A stretch of 64,000 nt of DNA from positions 62,001-126,000 of the forward strand of contig MEDY01000015.1 of the NCBI GenBank assembly GCA_001724265.1. The letters are read 5' to 3'. The translations under genes and the position numbers were made by a program. Below the pieces are notes generated by a model, which saw only the letters and a program-made list of their open reading frames with translations, was not told where the DNA came from and did not search any database. Below, piece after piece: positions 61,338 to 64,000 of this stretch; position 1 is the stretch's first letter; every line of letters begins with the position of its first letter. Source of the stretch: Rhizaria sp. SCN 62-66 (lineage: Eukaryota).

Positions 61338-62552
61338 CTTGTTCTACGATAGCACCGAGTGAAAAAAAGAGTTGGGATATGCAGAGGGAGTGATGATGCA
61401 TACTATGCTGTGAGTTGAGGTTGATGCGTGATGAGTATGCTTGTGAAAGTTGTCTTCGGAGAGGCATGGTGTTGAATCCCCGCTTGAATCGGGAGGCCGT
61501 AAAAGTGCCTCGATGCATGCGTAGCACACATAAAATGCAGCCTGCGCGAAATGCGCTTCTAGACTCTAAGTAAAGAGACTCGACTACAGTCAGTTATTGT
61601 TTGTTCGTCAACTTTTAATGCCATTCAAGAGGTCAGAAGTGGGAAAACTTGAGTTCGCACTCAGGGAGACGTGGTGCCTGTGGTCGGTAACCCCCCTTCT
61701 CTTGCCCATTTGCAGTTTGCTGATAACAAACAAACGTTATCGCGAAACGAATAATCAGTCTAAAAAGGCCGACCCAAAAGCAACCCGTCTGCAATAGTTT
61801 GACACCCTGGCCTTTGCCACTGGGTGTCAATCAAGGTCAAGTTGTTCGAGTCATGGAGGGAATGTCTTGGTCAGCAAGCCGACCTACGACCGACCTCGGT
61901 CAAAGAGCAGTACTTAGACCACGATTCCTGCTTCAGTTCACCCTGCGCGGCGCAGCATGGAGTCGGCTGCTTAGCTGACGCAGGTTTTAGTTGGATTACA
62001 TGCGTGGACCTTCTTTTAATTTTGTATGGTGTCGATATGCTGCCATTTTGTCGGTCACAAAGAGAAACTAGCCTCAATTCGCACAGCTCCAGGCAGATTT
62101 AGTCAAGGAAGATCACACTTCCTTGCGCTCATCAACACACATCTGCTCCAATACGCTGTGCCACATATTAATATGCGACTTTCTCGCCACCAACCCAATG
62201 TTATGTACGAATATCCTGACCAAAGGGACATCGTCAGCACCCACATGCAACCTTACCGATCGGACTTGCATACGCATATCGACACACAGAGCTCATTTAG
62301 TAGCAGTGAAATAGAGATAACACATTAAAAACTCACTGAGCATAATTAAAAAGCAATATAAGACCATTAGGATGCAGATATGTAGCTGGAAGAGAGAAGA
62401 TCAGCGATAGACTGGCTGGCTGCGGTCATGGACCGAAAAAAGAAAGTAAAGCCGCAGTGGCAGCAGGGCGACCGAGGGGGACCGAGCCCAACCTTTGCTT
62501 GACGATTGTCGTCGTGGGCTTGGGTCTGATTGTCTGAAAAAAGCATATCACA

Positions 62553-63827
62553 ATGCTGTTTTCCAAGTGTGTGCTGGCGGTGCTTGCGCTGTGCGTTGCT
62601 GCCTGCGCGTATGCCCAGTCGGATGGTACGTGGCCTTTTCTGCCTTCCTCCTTGATGCTCTCGCTCGACCCCCCTTTGAGCTCGCCCTTCCACCCGCCCT
62701 GACCTTCATTTGTCACTGCCATTTATCGTCACTGTTCTCCCCGACCATATATGTCCATGATTTCTCTGCCTGCTCTTGTCACCCTCATTGTCGCTCATAT
62801 GGATCTCCACTATCGTCCCCCCTGCTCTCTGCTCTACCCTCCTCAGTTGTCCCTTCCTTCATCGAGGTTGAGGGCCCCAACAACCACATCCTGACTGGCA
62901 AGCCCCTGTTTGTACGTTTCTTCTCCCTTCCACCAACACATCACACCGATCCGCCTCCATGTTCCACCAGTTTCTGACCTCTAACAAACCCATTTGTCCA
63001 CCCTCTTGGCCTCCTTTCCTCTTGCTCTTGCCACTCACCTACAGGTGCCCAACATTATCGACATCTTCGCTGATGGTACGTTTTTCCGCCGTTTCGACTA
63101 TCAATATCGCACATGATTCTAGCCACTCTTCTCTGTCTTCTAATCCTGTCGGTGTCCTCACCCACTTTGTTCTTTCGTATTGATTGTTTCACCAACTCTT
63201 ACAGAGGTTGGCCCGACTCCCGAGGAGACCTACAGCCTCCTCCGCCAGTCCGTGCTGAACCAGCCCCCGTCTGCGAAGCTTGCCGAGAAGATCGCCGCCG
63301 ACCCCGTCGACGTGCTCGAGATGCTTGACATTGCCGAGGCCAACCTCAAGGCCCGCAAGGAGCGCCAGGCCAAGAAGGCTGCCAAGAAGGCCAAGATGCA
63401 GCTCGCTGGCAAGAAGGCTGCCAACGGCCTCAAGCAGCTCGCTCTGCAGCAGAAGACCCGCAAGGCTGCCATCAACAAGGAGGTTGCCCGCATCAACAAT
63501 CTTATGGCTAAGGCCGCTGAGCTCCAGAAGGCTCTCCCCCAGAAGCGCGCCCGCCTGGAGCTGCTCCAGAAGAAGCTCAATGAGGCCAACACCAAGGTCG
63601 CCTCGACGCTGTCCAACAAGACCGGCGCTCAGAAGAAGGCCGAGAAGACCGTTATCGACGGCAAGCTTGGCCTCCTCAAGAAGAAGCTCGCCAAGCTTGA
63701 GGCCGCCAAGTCCGTCCTGAACAAGTCCATCGCGGGCCTCCAGAAGGTCGGCAAGAAGGGCGCTGCTAAGGCGGGCGCCAAGGATGCCAAGAAGGACGAG
63801 AAGAAGGAGGAGGCCAAGAAGTTCTAA
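62553..63827 (+). CDS. Secreted Lys/Ala-rich coiled-coil protein; exons 62553-62625, 62847-62911, 63045-63075, 63205-63827; ~263 aa
   Basis: Signal peptide MLFSKCVLAVLALCVAACAYA|QS. Three frame-consistent GTACGT...CAG introns. Strongly biased codons (AAG, GCC, CTC). Long basic helical C-terminal region. Stop TAA. Confidence 0.8.
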
Positions 63828-64000
63828 GTTGTACACAGTTTCCTTTACACATCCAAGTGTAGAAAAAGCTGTGAGCTATAAGAACTGAAGTGGTTGCACT
63901 GCTTTGTTTCGCTGTTCGCTGTTGTTGTTTAGTGTTGGGTCGGTTTCTCAGTTTGACATGAGGAACCGATAAGGATTTTTACTTACATCGTTCTCTATCT

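Noticed and set aside
62388-62425. U6-like AGAGAAGATCAGC
   Set aside because: No ACAGAGA box, internal stem-loop or other U6 sequence follows.
1-64000. Prokaryotic systems, CRISPR arrays, rRNA, transposons or viral inserts
   Set aside because: All recognisable genes are eukaryotic nuclear-type, and no transposase, reverse transcriptase, spacer array or rRNA motif was seen.

Overview
Gene-dense eukaryotic nuclear DNA, most likely from a flagellated protist (IFT122 present). Exons are GC-rich and full of Ala/Gln/Asn low-complexity sequence, spacers are short and AT-richer, and introns are spliceosomal. By manual splicing I reconstruct 18 protein-coding genes and 25 GT-AG introns of 107-301 nt, all frame-consistent. 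In order: a coiled-coil/double-PDZ protein (5'-partial), a LARP4-like La protein, a Cu/Zn-SOD-fold protein lacking most metal ligands, MKT1, a giant bHLH-ZIP factor, a ~2090-aa single-pass membrane protein, an unknown membrane protein, two head-to-head SAM methyltransferases, a second unknown membrane protein, PGM3, a giant Ash1-type GATA factor, U2AF large subunit, VPS11, IFT122, a Qc-SNARE, a bacterial-type 3-hydroxybutyrate dehydrogenase and a secreted Lys-rich coiled-coil protein. Main signals: (1) an in-frame TAG inside the bHLH gene followed by 251 more coding-like codons, while none of the other 17 genes ends in TAG, suggesting UAG reassignment or readthrough; (2) a very uniform GTACG(T) 5' splice site; (3) 3' splice acceptors just before several start codons with no matching donor, suggesting SL trans-splicing; (4) the pseudo-SOD; (5) a multibranch-folding GC island that may be an ncRNA. 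No rRNA, convincing tRNA, CRISPR array or transposon was seen. All assignments come from reading motifs by eye; no searches were run.
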